Below, one piece after another: positions 51,836 through 62,617 of a DNA stretch of 64,000 nucleotides. Each line of letters starts with the position of its first letter. The stretch's first letter is position 1. Both the position numbers and the translations under genes were made by a program. The notes under the pieces were generated by a model. It saw only the letters and a program-made list of their open reading frames with translations. It did not search any database and was not told the DNA's origin. The DNA is taken from positions 448,001 through 512,000 of the forward strand of contig CAVSHO010000009.1 in NCBI GenBank assembly GCA_963727825.1, in the 5' to 3' direction. This DNA is from Ignavibacteriota bacterium (GTDB lineage: Bacteria > Bacteroidota > Ignavibacteria > UBA10030).

Positions 51836-53659
51836 TTATTCGCTACTTATAATTTCTTTCCTGCCGCGAATAACAGCAACCCATTTAGGTATCGCATCTA
51901 CAATCACAATTATAACACTTCCCATAATCAACACCGTGAGAAGAAGATTGATGAATCCCTGCAATTGTGTCTTTGCTATAAGCACCATCGGAATGAATAA
52001 GTTCATAATGTTCATTGCCCCGGCAACTAGAGTAGTTAGCGTGACGAAGATAAGCGGTACAATCGTAACCCATGCGTAACGCGCCTTACCGCGATTTATG
52101 ATGAATGATGTGCCAACCGTAAGTGCGATTGCGGCAAGCAGTTGGTTAGCCGTTCCGAACATCGGCCAGATGGAAAAAACACTGCCGGTGTATATAAAGT
52201 ATGCCCACGCAACAACGATCATAAAACTTGCGCACAAATTGCCTGGCAGCCAATCAGTTCGTCCAAAAGGTTTATAGACTTTCCCCAACATCTCTTGTAG
52301 TACGAATCTACCGATTCGTGTGCCGGCATCAATCGTTGTAAGGATGAAAAGCGCCTCAAACATGATAGCGAAATGATACCAATAGGACATTAATTTGGTT
52401 AATCCGGGAATATTGGAAAATATTTGCGCCATACCAACTGCAAGTGACACAGCGCCGCCTGTTCTACCGATAATCTTTTCTCCCACTTCCGCCGAAAGTT
52501 GAGTGATATTTGAATCCATAAACCCCATTGCGTGAAGCTGCGGAAGAACAGATTGAAGTCTTTCTACCGGAACATTAATCAGAAAATAATCGAGCGGCAA
52601 TAAACTCGCTGCCGCAATAAGAGCCAGTACACTGACAATACCTTCGGCAAGCATCGCACCAACTGCGATAAATTTGATCTGCGATTCTTTCATCAACATT
52701 TTTGGCGTTGTGCCGGAACTTACAAGCGAATGAAATCCGGAAACGGCCCCGCATGCAATCGTTATGAACAAATATGGGAATAATGTTCCGGGAATAATCG
52801 GTCCACCGCCATGCACATACATTGTAAATGCGGGCATCTTCAGCGTTGGTGCAACAATAATTATTCCAAGGGCTAGAAGTCCAATAACGGCTAATTTCAT
52901 TATTGAACTCAGATAGTCGCGTGGCGACAAAAGCAGCCATACCGGCAATACAGAAGCACAGAAACCATAAATCGCTAACAGAATTGTCAATGAACTATGA
53001 TCAAACATGAACCATGTGGCAATAGATGAATCTGGAATATAGCGACCGTATATAACTGCGAGTGTTAATAAAATTATTCCGCCGATTGTTGCCTCCGCAA
53101 CTTTTCCCTTTCGCAATTGAAACATCCATATGCCCATAAGAAGCGCTATTGGAATCGTTGCCGCAATAGTGAATGTGCCCCACGCACTTTCAGAAAGCGA
53201 GTTCACAACTACCAAACCAAGTCCCGCCATTGCAACAACAAGGATGATCAGGATTGCAATCGATGCTGTCATTCCACTGAGTCTGCTGATTTCCACTTTG
53301 GCAATCTCTGCCAAAGATTTTGCATCGTGCCGAATCGATGCAACAAGAATAACAAAATCATGAACCGCACCCGCCATCACCGCGCCAATCACCATCCATA
53401 AAAAACCGGGGAAGTACCCAAATTGCACCGCAAGTACCGGACCAACAAGCGGGCCCGCACCGGCAATCGCCGCGAAATGGTGGCCGAAGAGTACCCATTT
53501 GTTCATGGGATAATAATTTTGACCATCGTACAATCGGCTAGATGGCAGAACATTGGTATCATTCACTACGGCAACTTTTGCTGCTATGAAACTAAAATAA
53601 AAACGATACGCAAGCGCAAAGAAGGCTAACGCCGTAATAAGCAATGGCATAGCATTCAT
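51836..53659 (-). CDS. cstA: Carbon starvation protein A (peptide/pyruvate transporter)
   Basis: '[16 protein letters not shown]', 'PRDYLS', '[10 protein letters not shown]', 'LTTIDAGTR', '[12 protein letters not shown]'. Confidence 0.95.
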   Translation of the reverse strand: MNAMPLLITALAFFALAYRFYFSFIAAKVAVVNDTNVLPSSRLYDGQNYYPMNKWVLFGHHFAAIAGAGPLVGPVLAVQFGYFPGFLWMVIGAVMAGAVHDFVILVASIRHDAKSLAEIAKVEISRLSGMTASIAILIILVVAMAGLGLVVVNSLSESAWGTFTIAATIPIALLMGIWMFQLRKGKVAEATIGGIILLTLAVIYGRYIPDSSIATWFMFDHSSLTILLAIYGFCASVLPVWLLLSPRDYLSSIMKLAVIGLLALGIIIVAPTLKMPAFTMYVHGGGPIIPGTLFPYLFITIACGAVSGFHSLVSSGTTPKMLMKESQIKFIAVGAMLAEGIVSVLALIAAASLLPLDYFLINVPVERLQSVLPQLHAMGFMDSNITQLSAEVGEKIIGRTGGAVSLAVGMAQIFSNIPGLTKLMSYWYHFAIMFEALFILTTIDAGTRIGRFVLQEMLGKVYKPFGRTDWLPGNLCASFMIVVAWAYFIYTGSVFSIWPMFGTANQLLAAIALTVGTSFIINRGKARYAWVTIVPLIFVTLTTLVAGAMNIMNLFIPMVLIAKTQLQGFINLLLTVLIMGSVIIVIVDAIPKWVAVIRGRKEIISSE

Positions 53660-53707
53660 TGTAACTCCAGAATCGGATTATCGATGAAAGCAGATTCAGA
53701 AAACATT

Positions 53708-55288
53708 TTATTTGGATCTATGCTGCAATATGGATTTGCCGAGTTTCTTCGCACGAGTAAAATACGAAGTGACCGGTTTCTCAAAAATAAATTGCGGTTG
53801 TAGTTTGTTCTCATATCGGGCAAAGCTCAAATACTTATAAGCATCGGACACTCTTTCCAACTTTTCTGCTATCTTTTTTATATCTATTCTTTTTAGGACA
53901 TCTATTGTAACAGCTCGCTTTGAATCGAAAAATATCAATGAACGAATAAATTTCTGCGCCACCTCAGAGTTGAGTAATTCAGCTATGAATTGCGCTTCAG
54001 CCTTAGTGCGACATGGAACAAAATAACAAGTATCATCTAAAACAATCGGCTTTCCATCGAAACTTCCAATAACAGTGAAATGAATGTTTCGGTATAGTGC
54101 CGAGATGGCAACCTTCCATGGAGCAAAGGAGTATTCTCCAACTCCAAATATCGCAAATCGTGAACGCTTTTCGTAAATCATGCTTTTGCGATTATCGAGA
54201 ATTTTGGAATGATTAAGCAAGTATTTCCATGTGAGCGGTGCTTGCTGACGAATTATTGCTGTATCTTCTCCAACTTCATGTTGAGTGACTATGACATGTT
54301 TTGAAGGAATTATCCGTTCATTAGCTATATCGGATGATTTGAGAAGAGGATAGATAGATGTGTTTTCAATATTTACTTGTTCCCCAAGCCCATTCCAATA
54401 ATATCCGTCCTTAATCTTTAACTCCATTACGGCGGAGGCATCGTGCTTTATTCCGGATCGCCATCGATAATATTCAAGTCCTTCAATTTCCTTAACCTCG
54501 GTGTAGCAATCGATGTCCGCAATCATTTCTCCATCAATTATTCCAAAATTAGAAACTTGCTTTTTAAAATTTAGACCTTGAAAAATAGTCGCTTTCGGTA
54601 AAGTCGTCTGTGAACCAGTCTCTACTATCAACAGGCAGGCTTCAACCGATACGCCGAAGAATTCTGCTGAATCGAATAAGTGAATTGATGCATGTTTAAC
54701 TTTAAGATGAGTATGCCAAGCGTGATGTAAAACTTTCCGTGCTGTCGCAGCTTTACACAACATAGCGATGTATGCCTGCTTATCGTTCAACGCTTCAATC
54801 AGCTTAATGAGTATCCATTCAGAAATGTCAAAGTTTGCTTTGCCTGTTTTTGCAGCAAATCCACGGTGTTTTTGAAAATTGCTTTTTACAGGAAGGTTGT
54901 TACTCGATAAAAGACTTAGTTTTGAATTGTTCACCCAGGGTGGATTTCCTAATACAAGAATATTATCCGGTAAATCGGAAAAAAACTTTTTCCAGTTGTA
55001 ATAAAAGAAATCAACATGTTCCACATTACAATTGCCTTTGGCAATATTTGCAATTCGTAACTTTACCTGTTTAACATATTCAGGGTTGACATCAAACGCA
55101 AAATGAAAAGTGGTGGATGGAAAGGAGCGAAGTGCGGCTTCAACAAAACTCCCAGTTCCACAAGTCGGTTCAACGACAATTGCAGGTTTAATTCTTAGGC
55201 TTTTAAGCAGGGCAATGACAATATCTGCAAGATCATCGGGAGTTTGGAAATCACCAAACTCTATCTTTTTGCGTCTCTCCACGTTCAC
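53708..55288 (-). CDS. Amino-DNA methyltransferase (gamma-class motif order), M.NspV-like
   Basis: 'GDFQTP', motif I 'EPTCGTGSF', motif IV 'GNPPW', 'WRSGIKHD'; GTG start overlaps the nuclease stop. Confidence 0.88.
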   Translation of the reverse strand: MNVERRKKIEFGDFQTPDDLADIVIALLKSLRIKPAIVVEPTCGTGSFVEAALRSFPSTTFHFAFDVNPEYVKQVKLRIANIAKGNCNVEHVDFFYYNWKKFFSDLPDNILVLGNPPWVNNSKLSLLSSNNLPVKSNFQKHRGFAAKTGKANFDISEWILIKLIEALNDKQAYIAMLCKAATARKVLHHAWHTHLKVKHASIHLFDSAEFFGVSVEACLLIVETGSQTTLPKATIFQGLNFKKQVSNFGIIDGEMIADIDCYTEVKEIEGLEYYRWRSGIKHDASAVMELKIKDGYYWNGLGEQVNIENTSIYPLLKSSDIANERIIPSKHVIVTQHEVGEDTAIIRQQAPLTWKYLLNHSKILDNRKSMIYEKRSRFAIFGVGEYSFAPWKVAISALYRNIHFTVIGSFDGKPIVLDDTCYFVPCRTKAEAQFIAELLNSEVAQKFIRSLIFFDSKRAVTIDVLKRIDIKKIAEKLERVSDAYKYLSFARYENKLQPQFIFEKPVTSYFTRAKKLGKSILQHRSK

Positions 55289-55950
55289 ACAATCTTATAT
55301 AAACCTGAAATCAAACCTGCTTTTTCAATCACTCTTTTATATTGAAGCCGCCATTGCAATGCATTCGAGATAGTTAAATATCCCGTTTGTGGTTGGCTGT
55401 GCAATATCTCTTTTGCCAGTTTAAGCGCTTGAATTTCATCAATCGGAAGAAATCGATCTGTTAGACATGCAACTATATCGTCTGCATTGCCAGAGTTTTC
55501 GATAATACGCCGAATCTCCGTTGTCAGTTGGAAATCTGCAGTACGCGACTCATCTATAAATATTACATGCTTAATTGCAAGATTGGTAGTTCTTTCTTTT
55601 TTATTATCCGTTTTATAATAAACGAAAACAAGAAGTGAATACCCCAAGCCAAAAACCTTTTGCCTCGCGGAAGAAAACGGACAGGATGACTGTGGCTGCC
55701 GAATGCTTGTCACTTTGATGTCCACCTTCAATTCAGGAAAATCAATCCCTTTTGCCGAAGATCCTGTTTTGTAATGATAATGCGTTTGCAATCTCTTTTG
55801 GAATTTGTGTTCCAAGTAAGTACCTACCGCCTTCCCATCTGTTACACCATATAGAGATGGCTCGGAATGTTTAGATTCCTTTTCAGCAAATGACTTTGCT
55901 TCTTGTTTAATCAATTCGATGGTAAGTGGTTTTTTATTTCTTTTAATCAT
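55285..55950 (-). CDS. Type II restriction endonuclease, R.NspV-like
   Basis: 'LYGVTDGKAVGTY.E', 'GIDFP..VDIKVTSIRQPQSSCPF', 'ISNALQWRLQY'; adjacent to the methylase. The NspV resemblance is from recall, not a search. Confidence 0.82.
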   Translation of the reverse strand: MIKRNKKPLTIELIKQEAKSFAEKESKHSEPSLYGVTDGKAVGTYLEHKFQKRLQTHYHYKTGSSAKGIDFPELKVDIKVTSIRQPQSSCPFSSARQKVFGLGYSLLVFVYYKTDNKKERTTNLAIKHVIFIDESRTADFQLTTEIRRIIENSGNADDIVACLTDRFLPIDEIQALKLAKEILHSQPQTGYLTISNALQWRLQYKRVIEKAGLISGLYKIV

Positions 55951-56032
55951 ATGAATACCATTCTAATTCTTTTAAGAATTCATAATAAGAGGTTTGAAAA
56001 TTCCATATTGACTGCAATTGCCGCTCGCTTCT

Positions 56033-57460
56033 TTATTTCTTCGTCAATGACCCTTTTTGCTTTTGTTCAAATAAGAAAGTTCGTAGTCTCATCAATGAAG
56101 GACTGATGCCAACCTTAAAACGCTGCGGATTTTCGAAACGTTTACATTCTCCTGGCAAATAAGAAAATTGTTGTGATGCATGGCGTGCACTTTCAAGCGC
56201 ACTCGGCAAAGGACCGGTGATATGTCCATCTTCCATCACCTTCTGCATAATTGGCTTCGCAACCAATCCTCCAACGGTGTGTTGTTGTTCCGTATGCAAT
56301 GGATCGTAGAATACTTCGACGCCATCTTCTGACTCCATCATAACTCCGTCTGAATCGAAATGACCCATCGGGTCAAAATAACGCACCACTTTTTTTCGTC
56401 CGGGCAGCGATGTCTTTGTATAAATTTCTGCATACTTTAGTGTAGGCTGGTATCCAATGATGCTCTGTTTATATACGCCTTGTAATGCTGGACAATTATA
56501 AGCTGTCAATAGTCGAGTGCCAATGCCAAATGCATCAATTGGTGCACCTTGTTGAAGAAGACTATTAATAAGAAGCTCATCGAGTTGATTAGAGACGACA
56601 ATTTGTACATAGTTAAGTTTTGCGGCATCTAGAATCGCACGTGCTTTCTTGCTCAGAGATGCAAGATCGCCGGTGTCAAGCCGGATAGCTTTAAGTTTCT
56701 GTCCTTTCTCTTCCATTTCCTTTGCTACAATGAGTGCATTGGGTAGACCGCTTCTCATAACATTATACGTATCGACAAGCAGCGTACAATTTTCCGGATA
56801 AATTTCGGCATAGGACCGGAAAGCGGCCAATTCATCACCGAAACTTTGAATCCACGAATGTGATTGAGTACCGGCTAAATGAAGCGAGTAACGGAAAGCA
56901 GCATAGAGATTTGAAGTAGAATCTAATCCGCCAATGATAGCGGCTTTACTGGCTTGGATGCCTCCTAATCCTTGTGCCCGGCGCAAACCAACATCAATTA
57001 TTTTCCGATTGCCGGCTGCAAACCGGATACGTGATGCTTTTGTAGCTATGAGTGATTGGAAATTTAATAAATTAAGTAGTATCGTTTCAATGAGTTGCGT
57101 TTCAAAAAGAGTTCCCTCTACTCGAACGATCGGCTCTAACGGAAACACAATTTCACCTTCCCGCATAGCGTGAATTGTTCCCCTAAATCGAAAGTTATAC
57201 AGATAATTAAGAAATTCTTCTTTGAATCCGAGAGATCGAATATATTCAATTTCACTATCTTCAAACCGCAATTTTTCGAGAACCTCAAGAAGGTCGCTGA
57301 GTCCGGCAAATACGACATAACCGCTGCCAAAAGGGTTCTCCCGGAAGAAGTAGTCGAAGATTGCATTTGTTTCAGATTTCCCTGCTAAAAGATATCCCTG
57401 CGCCATTGTCAGCTGGTAGTAATCTGTGAAGAGCGCCGCATTCGACTCGAAGACTTTCAT
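56033..57460 (-). CDS. pncB: Nicotinate phosphoribosyltransferase
   Basis: 'TDYYQLTM', 'IATKASRI', 'GLRRAQG', 'GT.SHSW', 'LVDTY', 'IRLD.GD', 'DAFGIGT'. Confidence 0.92.
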   Translation of the reverse strand: MKVFESNAALFTDYYQLTMAQGYLLAGKSETNAIFDYFFRENPFGSGYVVFAGLSDLLEVLEKLRFEDSEIEYIRSLGFKEEFLNYLYNFRFRGTIHAMREGEIVFPLEPIVRVEGTLFETQLIETILLNLLNFQSLIATKASRIRFAAGNRKIIDVGLRRAQGLGGIQASKAAIIGGLDSTSNLYAAFRYSLHLAGTQSHSWIQSFGDELAAFRSYAEIYPENCTLLVDTYNVMRSGLPNALIVAKEMEEKGQKLKAIRLDTGDLASLSKKARAILDAAKLNYVQIVVSNQLDELLINSLLQQGAPIDAFGIGTRLLTAYNCPALQGVYKQSIIGYQPTLKYAEIYTKTSLPGRKKVVRYFDPMGHFDSDGVMMESEDGVEVFYDPLHTEQQHTVGGLVAKPIMQKVMEDGHITGPLPSALESARHASQQFSYLPGECKRFENPQRFKVGISPSLMRLRTFLFEQKQKGSLTKK

Positions 57461-57506
57461 GGTCTTTCACTCTCCTAAATCGATCGTATATTTTATCCGA
57501 TAATAA

Positions 57507-57866
57507 TTAAAATGCATTTCTTATATGACGAATATCGGCTTTATTATTCTTGAATTCAATTGCAATAACATCAAATCTGCATGGACGGTCATCAATATCC
57601 TTTTCGAATAAATACCCTTCCGCGACCGCACGCACCTGTTCTTGTTTCTCTTCTGTAACTGCTTCCTCAGGACTGCCGAATGCTGTTGAGCGCCGCGCTT
57701 TTACTTCTACAAAAACTAATTCATCTCCTTCTTCCGCGATCAGATCAATCTCGCCGTGTTCAAAGCGGTAATTTCGTTCTTTAATTGTAAAGCCTTGTTG
57801 CTCAAGATAATTTGCTGCTAAATCTTCTCCCTCTCTTCCTTGTATACGACGATTGATTGGTGACAT
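57507..57866 (-). CDS. yraN: YraN (UPF0102) putative endonuclease
   Basis: 'G..GED.A..YL', 'GEIDLI', 'VFVEVK', 'RFDV'. Confidence 0.93.
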   Translation of the reverse strand: MSPINRRIQGREGEDLAANYLEQQGFTIKERNYRFEHGEIDLIAEEGDELVFVEVKARRSTAFGSPEEAVTEEKQEQVRAVAEGYLFEKDIDDRPCRFDVIAIEFKNNKADIRHIRNAF

Positions 57867-58002
57867 AGGCTCTTAACCTTGCCGTGTGTTCTTTCAAAAT
57901 AAAACGATCAAACAGAATTCACTTTACGAAAATAATTAATGGATCTGGCATATGCAATCTGTAGCGGCCGCTGAATGTAAACAGATGTCAGAATAATAAG
58001 AA

Positions 58003-58638
58003 TCAATCCTTTGACAATAAAAATTTTTTCTGAAGAGCTGACGGATGAAACGATCTGCGATGAATTTCACATAGACCGTACGTGCGTATGGCTTCAATGT
58101 GCTGGCGCGTTCCATATCCCTTATGCCGAGCAAAGCCATATTGTGGAAAACGAATATCAAGTTCGCGCATTAATCGATCACGCGTCACTTTCGCAACGAT
58201 TGAAGCAGCAGCAATTGTGAACGACTTTGCGTCGCCTCCAACAATATTTTTGAATCTCAGTGTTTCATGTTTGAACGAATTGCCGTCAATAAGGGCATAT
58301 TCCGGTTGAATATTCAAATTTTCTATCGACTTCCGCATCGCCAAAGTCGTTGCTTGCAGAATATTTATGCGATCAATCACTTCATGATCGACAATGCCAA
58401 TACCAACACTAATGGCTTTCTCCATAATCAATTTGAATAATTCTTCTCGCTGTATTGGTGTACACTTCTTAGAATCATCCACACTCTCAATAATAAACCC
58501 CTTGGGGAAAACAACCGCTGCAGCAACGACGGGACCTGCAAGCGGGCCGCGTCCTGCTTCATCCACACCGGCAATTCGCTCGATGCCTTGCACCCAAAGC
58601 GTATGTTCAAATTCAAGGTTGACGCAAGAATGTTTCAT
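58003..58638 (-). CDS. rnhB: Ribonuclease HII
   Basis: 'GVDEAGRGPLAGPV', 'DSKK', 'IAAASIVAKVTRD', 'HKGYGT', 'HRRSF'. Confidence 0.96.
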   Translation of the reverse strand: MKHSCVNLEFEHTLWVQGIERIAGVDEAGRGPLAGPVVAAAVVFPKGFIIESVDDSKKCTPIQREELFKLIMEKAISVGIGIVDHEVIDRINILQATTLAMRKSIENLNIQPEYALIDGNSFKHETLRFKNIVGGDAKSFTIAAASIVAKVTRDRLMRELDIRFPQYGFARHKGYGTRQHIEAIRTYGLCEIHRRSFHPSALQKKFLLSKD

Positions 58639-58641
58639 GAT

Positions 58642-59484
58642 TTACATCGAACCGACGATAATTGAAATTAGCCCAACAATCATACTTAATTTTAAAATTG
58701 TACTGATACGTCTTAAAGCTTTTGGAGAATGGTCGCGCCATATTAGTATTATTGAGATGCAAATCATACAATCCGCAATAAGCACAATGTACAAAAACGC
58801 AGAACGATATAAAGCAAATATTGCCACCACAATAGTAACACCAATCAGTACAAGAAGCGAAGCAGTCGCAAGCACAAACGATAGTACAACGCCATATTTG
58901 ACTGGAAGTGTTACTGCATGTTCTCTTCGATCTCCTTCCATATCTTCTACGTCTTTTAGTAATTCACGCGCAAGATTCACAAGGAATGCGAATATCGCCG
59001 GAACAGCCGCACGTTCCCATCGTCCGACCACAACGCCACCATAAATGAACGCCATGCCCGTCATTAATCCTATAACGAGATTCCCGATAAGCACTGTCTT
59101 CTTTAACCGTGCTGAATATAAATAGAGAAGGGCAATAGAGAGGAATACAATCAGTAAAGCGGCTGAATTCAACAAAAGATTTATTCCGAGTGCCACGATA
59201 GAAAGAACCAGCCACATCCTCCGTGCATCATATTGTGTTAGCGCGCCGCGTGGTAATGGACGGTCCGGCCGATTGACGCGATCAATATCAATATCAAACG
59301 CGTCATTGATTGCGTTTGCACCTGCCGCCACTAACGCGCCCGTAAAGCCAGCTAAGAGAGTGAAAAACCACGAGTATGCGGTTCCACCGGCAATCCAGCA
59401 TGCAACAGGAATTGACACGAACGTAATAAGCACGTTCACCGGACGAGTAAGCTGAAAATATGCTATAAGTTTCTTAGAATTCAT
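58642..59484 (-). CDS. UbiA-family prenyltransferase, digeranylgeranylglyceryl-phosphate-synthase-like
   Basis: 'LTRP.N', 'INDAFDIDIDRVNRPDRPLP.G', 'YSARLK', 'ARELLKDVEDMEGD..AVTLP'. Confidence 0.88.
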   Translation of the reverse strand: MNSKKLIAYFQLTRPVNVLITFVSIPVACWIAGGTAYSWFFTLLAGFTGALVAAGANAINDAFDIDIDRVNRPDRPLPRGALTQYDARRMWLVLSIVALGINLLLNSAALLIVFLSIALLYLYSARLKKTVLIGNLVIGLMTGMAFIYGGVVVGRWERAAVPAIFAFLVNLARELLKDVEDMEGDRREHAVTLPVKYGVVLSFVLATASLLVLIGVTIVVAIFALYRSAFLYIVLIADCMICISIILIWRDHSPKALRRISTILKLSMIVGLISIIVGSM

Positions 59485-61270
59485 TAATCAATCTAATATG
59501 AATTTTTGCCGTACTAAATGTATCACCTTCGCCAAGAGCAAAGCTCACGTCAATTAAACCAAGAGAGGAATCCAATCGCACACCAATTCCGTACCCAACT
59601 TTAGTCTGTTCTGATGCCGTCATATTAATTGTAGCGATGTCGGGCTGAACGATGTAGCCAACATCAATAAAACCATAGAAGAAAGAGCGCGGCGCGACAA
59701 GAAAGCGATATTCCAAATTCGTCCACACAATGCGTGAACCAAGAAACTGCCCTTCTCGATAACCACGTAGTGTTGACGCACCGCCAAGCTGAAATAAATC
59801 ACTAATGTCCATATTGCCGCTGCTAAAATCTCGAAGATGCAATTCCGCTGCGAACACCTGTCGAGAGAAAGTTGAAAGATAGTACGAGAAATCAAATACC
59901 AAACGCTGTGTTGTGCTTTTAACTTCCGTGGGGAACAACACGCTTGTGCCTGATTGTTTAGATCCAGTTTGATATTCTGTTGAATATAGGATACCACTTG
60001 TAGGCGTTGTTGGATTATCACGCGAATCATATCGAATGGATACACCCAAATTTGAGGTATTGCTTTGTGCCATTACTGAACTTCCGTATCCTTGCGTCGG
60101 ATAAACACCGCTCTGAGAAAACGAAACACCGACGGAAAACTCATCTGTCAACATTAAATCTGCAGATACGTCATATTGAGTCTTCACAAACGTTGAATCC
60201 TGTTTGCGTTGAAAAAATCCAAGCTGCACATTCACCGGATACGAAGCCACCCACGGTTCAAAGTAGTGAAGTTCTGTTTCCTGCGTACTTTGATTCTCTT
60301 GATACCAACGAGCAGAAAGTTTGCGCCCCGTGCCAAAGAGATTTCTTAGCGAGATGTTAACGAGTCCAGTGAGGTAACCACCCCCGCTTGATCCGTTAGA
60401 TGGAATATAGCCAAGCACACCATCGAAACTGTTTTGATTTCCTTCAACAACCTTCTCAAATAATCCCGCTCGTTCTGTATCGATTAAATATAATTCCGGT
60501 AACGAAACTGAAGAGAAGAGTTGCAGATGATCTAGCCGTCGCTTGATTCTTTCTTGAAGATCACCGCTAAACAACTCGTTTTTGTACAATCTCGCTTCAC
60601 GAGTAATGACATAATCTTTCGTTGTTTTATTGCCCTCTATTCGCAGTTCAGTGATATGCAATACTTTCCCTTCATCAATATGAACTTGCACTCTCGTGGA
60701 CATTTCTTCAGTTGAATCAATAAAAGAGATATTCTGAATCACTACTTTCGCAAGCGGATATCCCTTGTGCTCATACATCTGTAGAATCGACTGGATATCT
60801 TGTTCTAAAATAGAAGGAACAAATATATCGCCTTCGTGTAATTTCATGACTGTGTGCAGTTCAGAAGCATTTAAATTCCGATTGCCGTCAAATTCAATCT
60901 GCCGTACAACTGATGGTTTTCCTTCATTCAGAAAAACACGAAGTTCTATATCCTTCCGCAGTGTATCGCGTTTCATCTGCACCGAATCCACACAAGTATG
61001 CAGAAACGCTTGGCTTTTATAAAGATCGAGAATGCGTTCAAGATCGGCAGTCAGCATGGGCTCGGAAAACATTCCACCTTTTTTTGTTAAAAACACAGAA
61101 GTAAGCTGGTTGGCAGAGAATGCATGATTTCCTTCAAAGCTGATCGAGCGAACAGTCAATGAAGTTTGTCCTTCGGCGACCGTCAAGAAAACAATAAGAA
61201 GTGTGCCGTATAGAAAGCAGTAATCCCTTGTGAAAATAGCTCTCACACCAGCTAAATAAGTATGCACCAC
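59474..61270 (-). CDS. Omp85 (BamA/TamA-like) outer membrane protein with POTRA domains
   Basis: About three POTRA repeats ('I.FEGN', 'EGK...I.F.GN'), 'NLFGTG', 'YDSRD', 'LGG..TLRGY', C-terminal Phe. Start uncertain (the ORF call extends to 61330). Confidence 0.88.
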   Translation of the reverse strand: MVHTYLAGVRAIFTRDYCFLYGTLLIVFLTVAEGQTSLTVRSISFEGNHAFSANQLTSVFLTKKGGMFSEPMLTADLERILDLYKSQAFLHTCVDSVQMKRDTLRKDIELRVFLNEGKPSVVRQIEFDGNRNLNASELHTVMKLHEGDIFVPSILEQDIQSILQMYEHKGYPLAKVVIQNISFIDSTEEMSTRVQVHIDEGKVLHITELRIEGNKTTKDYVITREARLYKNELFSGDLQERIKRRLDHLQLFSSVSLPELYLIDTERAGLFEKVVEGNQNSFDGVLGYIPSNGSSGGGYLTGLVNISLRNLFGTGRKLSARWYQENQSTQETELHYFEPWVASYPVNVQLGFFQRKQDSTFVKTQYDVSADLMLTDEFSVGVSFSQSGVYPTQGYGSSVMAQSNTSNLGVSIRYDSRDNPTTPTSGILYSTEYQTGSKQSGTSVLFPTEVKSTTQRLVFDFSYYLSTFSRQVFAAELHLRDFSSGNMDISDLFQLGGASTLRGYREGQFLGSRIVWTNLEYRFLVAPRSFFYGFIDVGYIVQPDIATINMTASEQTKVGYGIGVRLDSSLGLIDVSFALGEGDTFSTAKIHIRLINEF

Positions 61271-61274
61271 TACT

Positions 61275-62588
61275 TCACCGTATCCTTCCCCACAAATCAG
61301 TCTCTGGATATACAATCCGGTAGTCCCCAAGTCCTATTTCATCTATAAAAAGGAATTCCCGATTTTGTTCATAATAGTACCAAATTTCGTACGGTTTGTT
61401 ATCTGAATTGAAGGGATGACGCTCTATATTTTGAGGCGGACCAAATTGAATAAATATCATTCCTCTATCAGTTTTCCATCCTTCCATATGGTTCGCATAG
61501 TTTTTATCAGCATATTCCACACGCGAATAGTACTCTTCAATCAATTCATTATTCGATGCATTTGGATCGGGATTGTGCTTAGACCAGAATTCAAGAAACC
61601 GTTTCTGTTTCTCACCTGGAGTTGTCGCTTCTCTGATATGATCGATTTCGTTGTCTTTGGCAATGTACTGAAGCTGTTCTGTTGCCTTATCGATATCAGT
61701 AATAAACAGCGGCATATTTTTCATTCGAACAATACAGCCGCGAGATACAAATGCACGAAACGATTTGCCTGAATCAACTTTAGAATTTCCTGCGGCTTCG
61801 ACTGTAAGTAAATATTGATCGGGAACAATTGAAATCGTGTCGATCTGCCAGATCACTGATGTTCGATTACCAGCAAGCAATTCACTTTTTGTTCGCTGCG
61901 CAACAATTTCCTGTTTTGAATTTATAAACTTGCAGATTAATTGAACCGAATCGATTTTCATGCGATTGTAGATTTCAAAAAAGAGATAGAAGCTGCTTTG
62001 TTCTTTACTAATCATTCCTGTTAGATTGGGAACAATATTTTTGCGTGTACCATCGAAGGTCATTCGATGAACAAACATCATATCGCTCAATGCCAGCGTA
62101 TCATTCCCAAAGTCTTTTACAACGATGGACCGTTTGGATGTCTCGATTTTCTTAGATTCTTGATCTGTTACTTGAACAAGGAGATCATATTTCCCCGGTG
62201 CAAGATCTGTGGAAAATTGCTTCAGACTGAAAAATCGGTTGGAAACGGTTTGCGAAAAGTTTTTCGGATGCAGCTCTACAAACTGACTTTTTTGCCAGAG
62301 TTGCTGCTTCTCCTGAGAAAGCAATGCTGCAGAAATTTCAAATTGCCCAGTATATTGCTCTTCTCCTTTAATAAAGCTTATTTCCGGATAGGGAATCTGA
62401 ACATAAATGTCAACATGCCCCTTACCAATTTGATCAGATGCAGTTGCGAATGCTTCTATATAAAGATTAGGCGCTGCCTCATTGGGATGTGTATTCTTAT
62501 TCTGTGCATGCATGCACGCACCAAGTATTCCAATCGCGAAGACCGTCTTACATAATAGATTTTTCCAACTTGCTCGAAAATATGACAT
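61275..62588 (-). CDS. GWxTD domain-containing protein (secreted)
   Basis: 'FW...PDP...NE..EEYY.RV.YA..NY...GWKTDRG.I.I.FGPP', 'EIWYY'. Confidence 0.92.
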   Translation of the reverse strand: MSYFRASWKNLLCKTVFAIGILGACMHAQNKNTHPNEAAPNLYIEAFATASDQIGKGHVDIYVQIPYPEISFIKGEEQYTGQFEISAALLSQEKQQLWQKSQFVELHPKNFSQTVSNRFFSLKQFSTDLAPGKYDLLVQVTDQESKKIETSKRSIVVKDFGNDTLALSDMMFVHRMTFDGTRKNIVPNLTGMISKEQSSFYLFFEIYNRMKIDSVQLICKFINSKQEIVAQRTKSELLAGNRTSVIWQIDTISIVPDQYLLTVEAAGNSKVDSGKSFRAFVSRGCIVRMKNMPLFITDIDKATEQLQYIAKDNEIDHIREATTPGEKQKRFLEFWSKHNPDPNASNNELIEEYYSRVEYADKNYANHMEGWKTDRGMIFIQFGPPQNIERHPFNSDNKPYEIWYYYEQNREFLFIDEIGLGDYRIVYPETDLWGRIR

Positions 62589-62617
62589 AGTATTTTATTT
62601 GCCTCGCAACGTACAAA

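Noticed and set aside
58394-59044. Longer antisense ORFs (216 aa here; also 62067-62555, 46685-47143 and others)
   Set aside because: They are shadows of well-supported opposite-strand genes and have no motifs or RBS.
58642-59484. Archaeal-type lipid gene in a bacterium as a novelty in itself
   Set aside because: DGGGPS-like UbiA homologues are already known in FCB bacteria; only the gene context is flagged.
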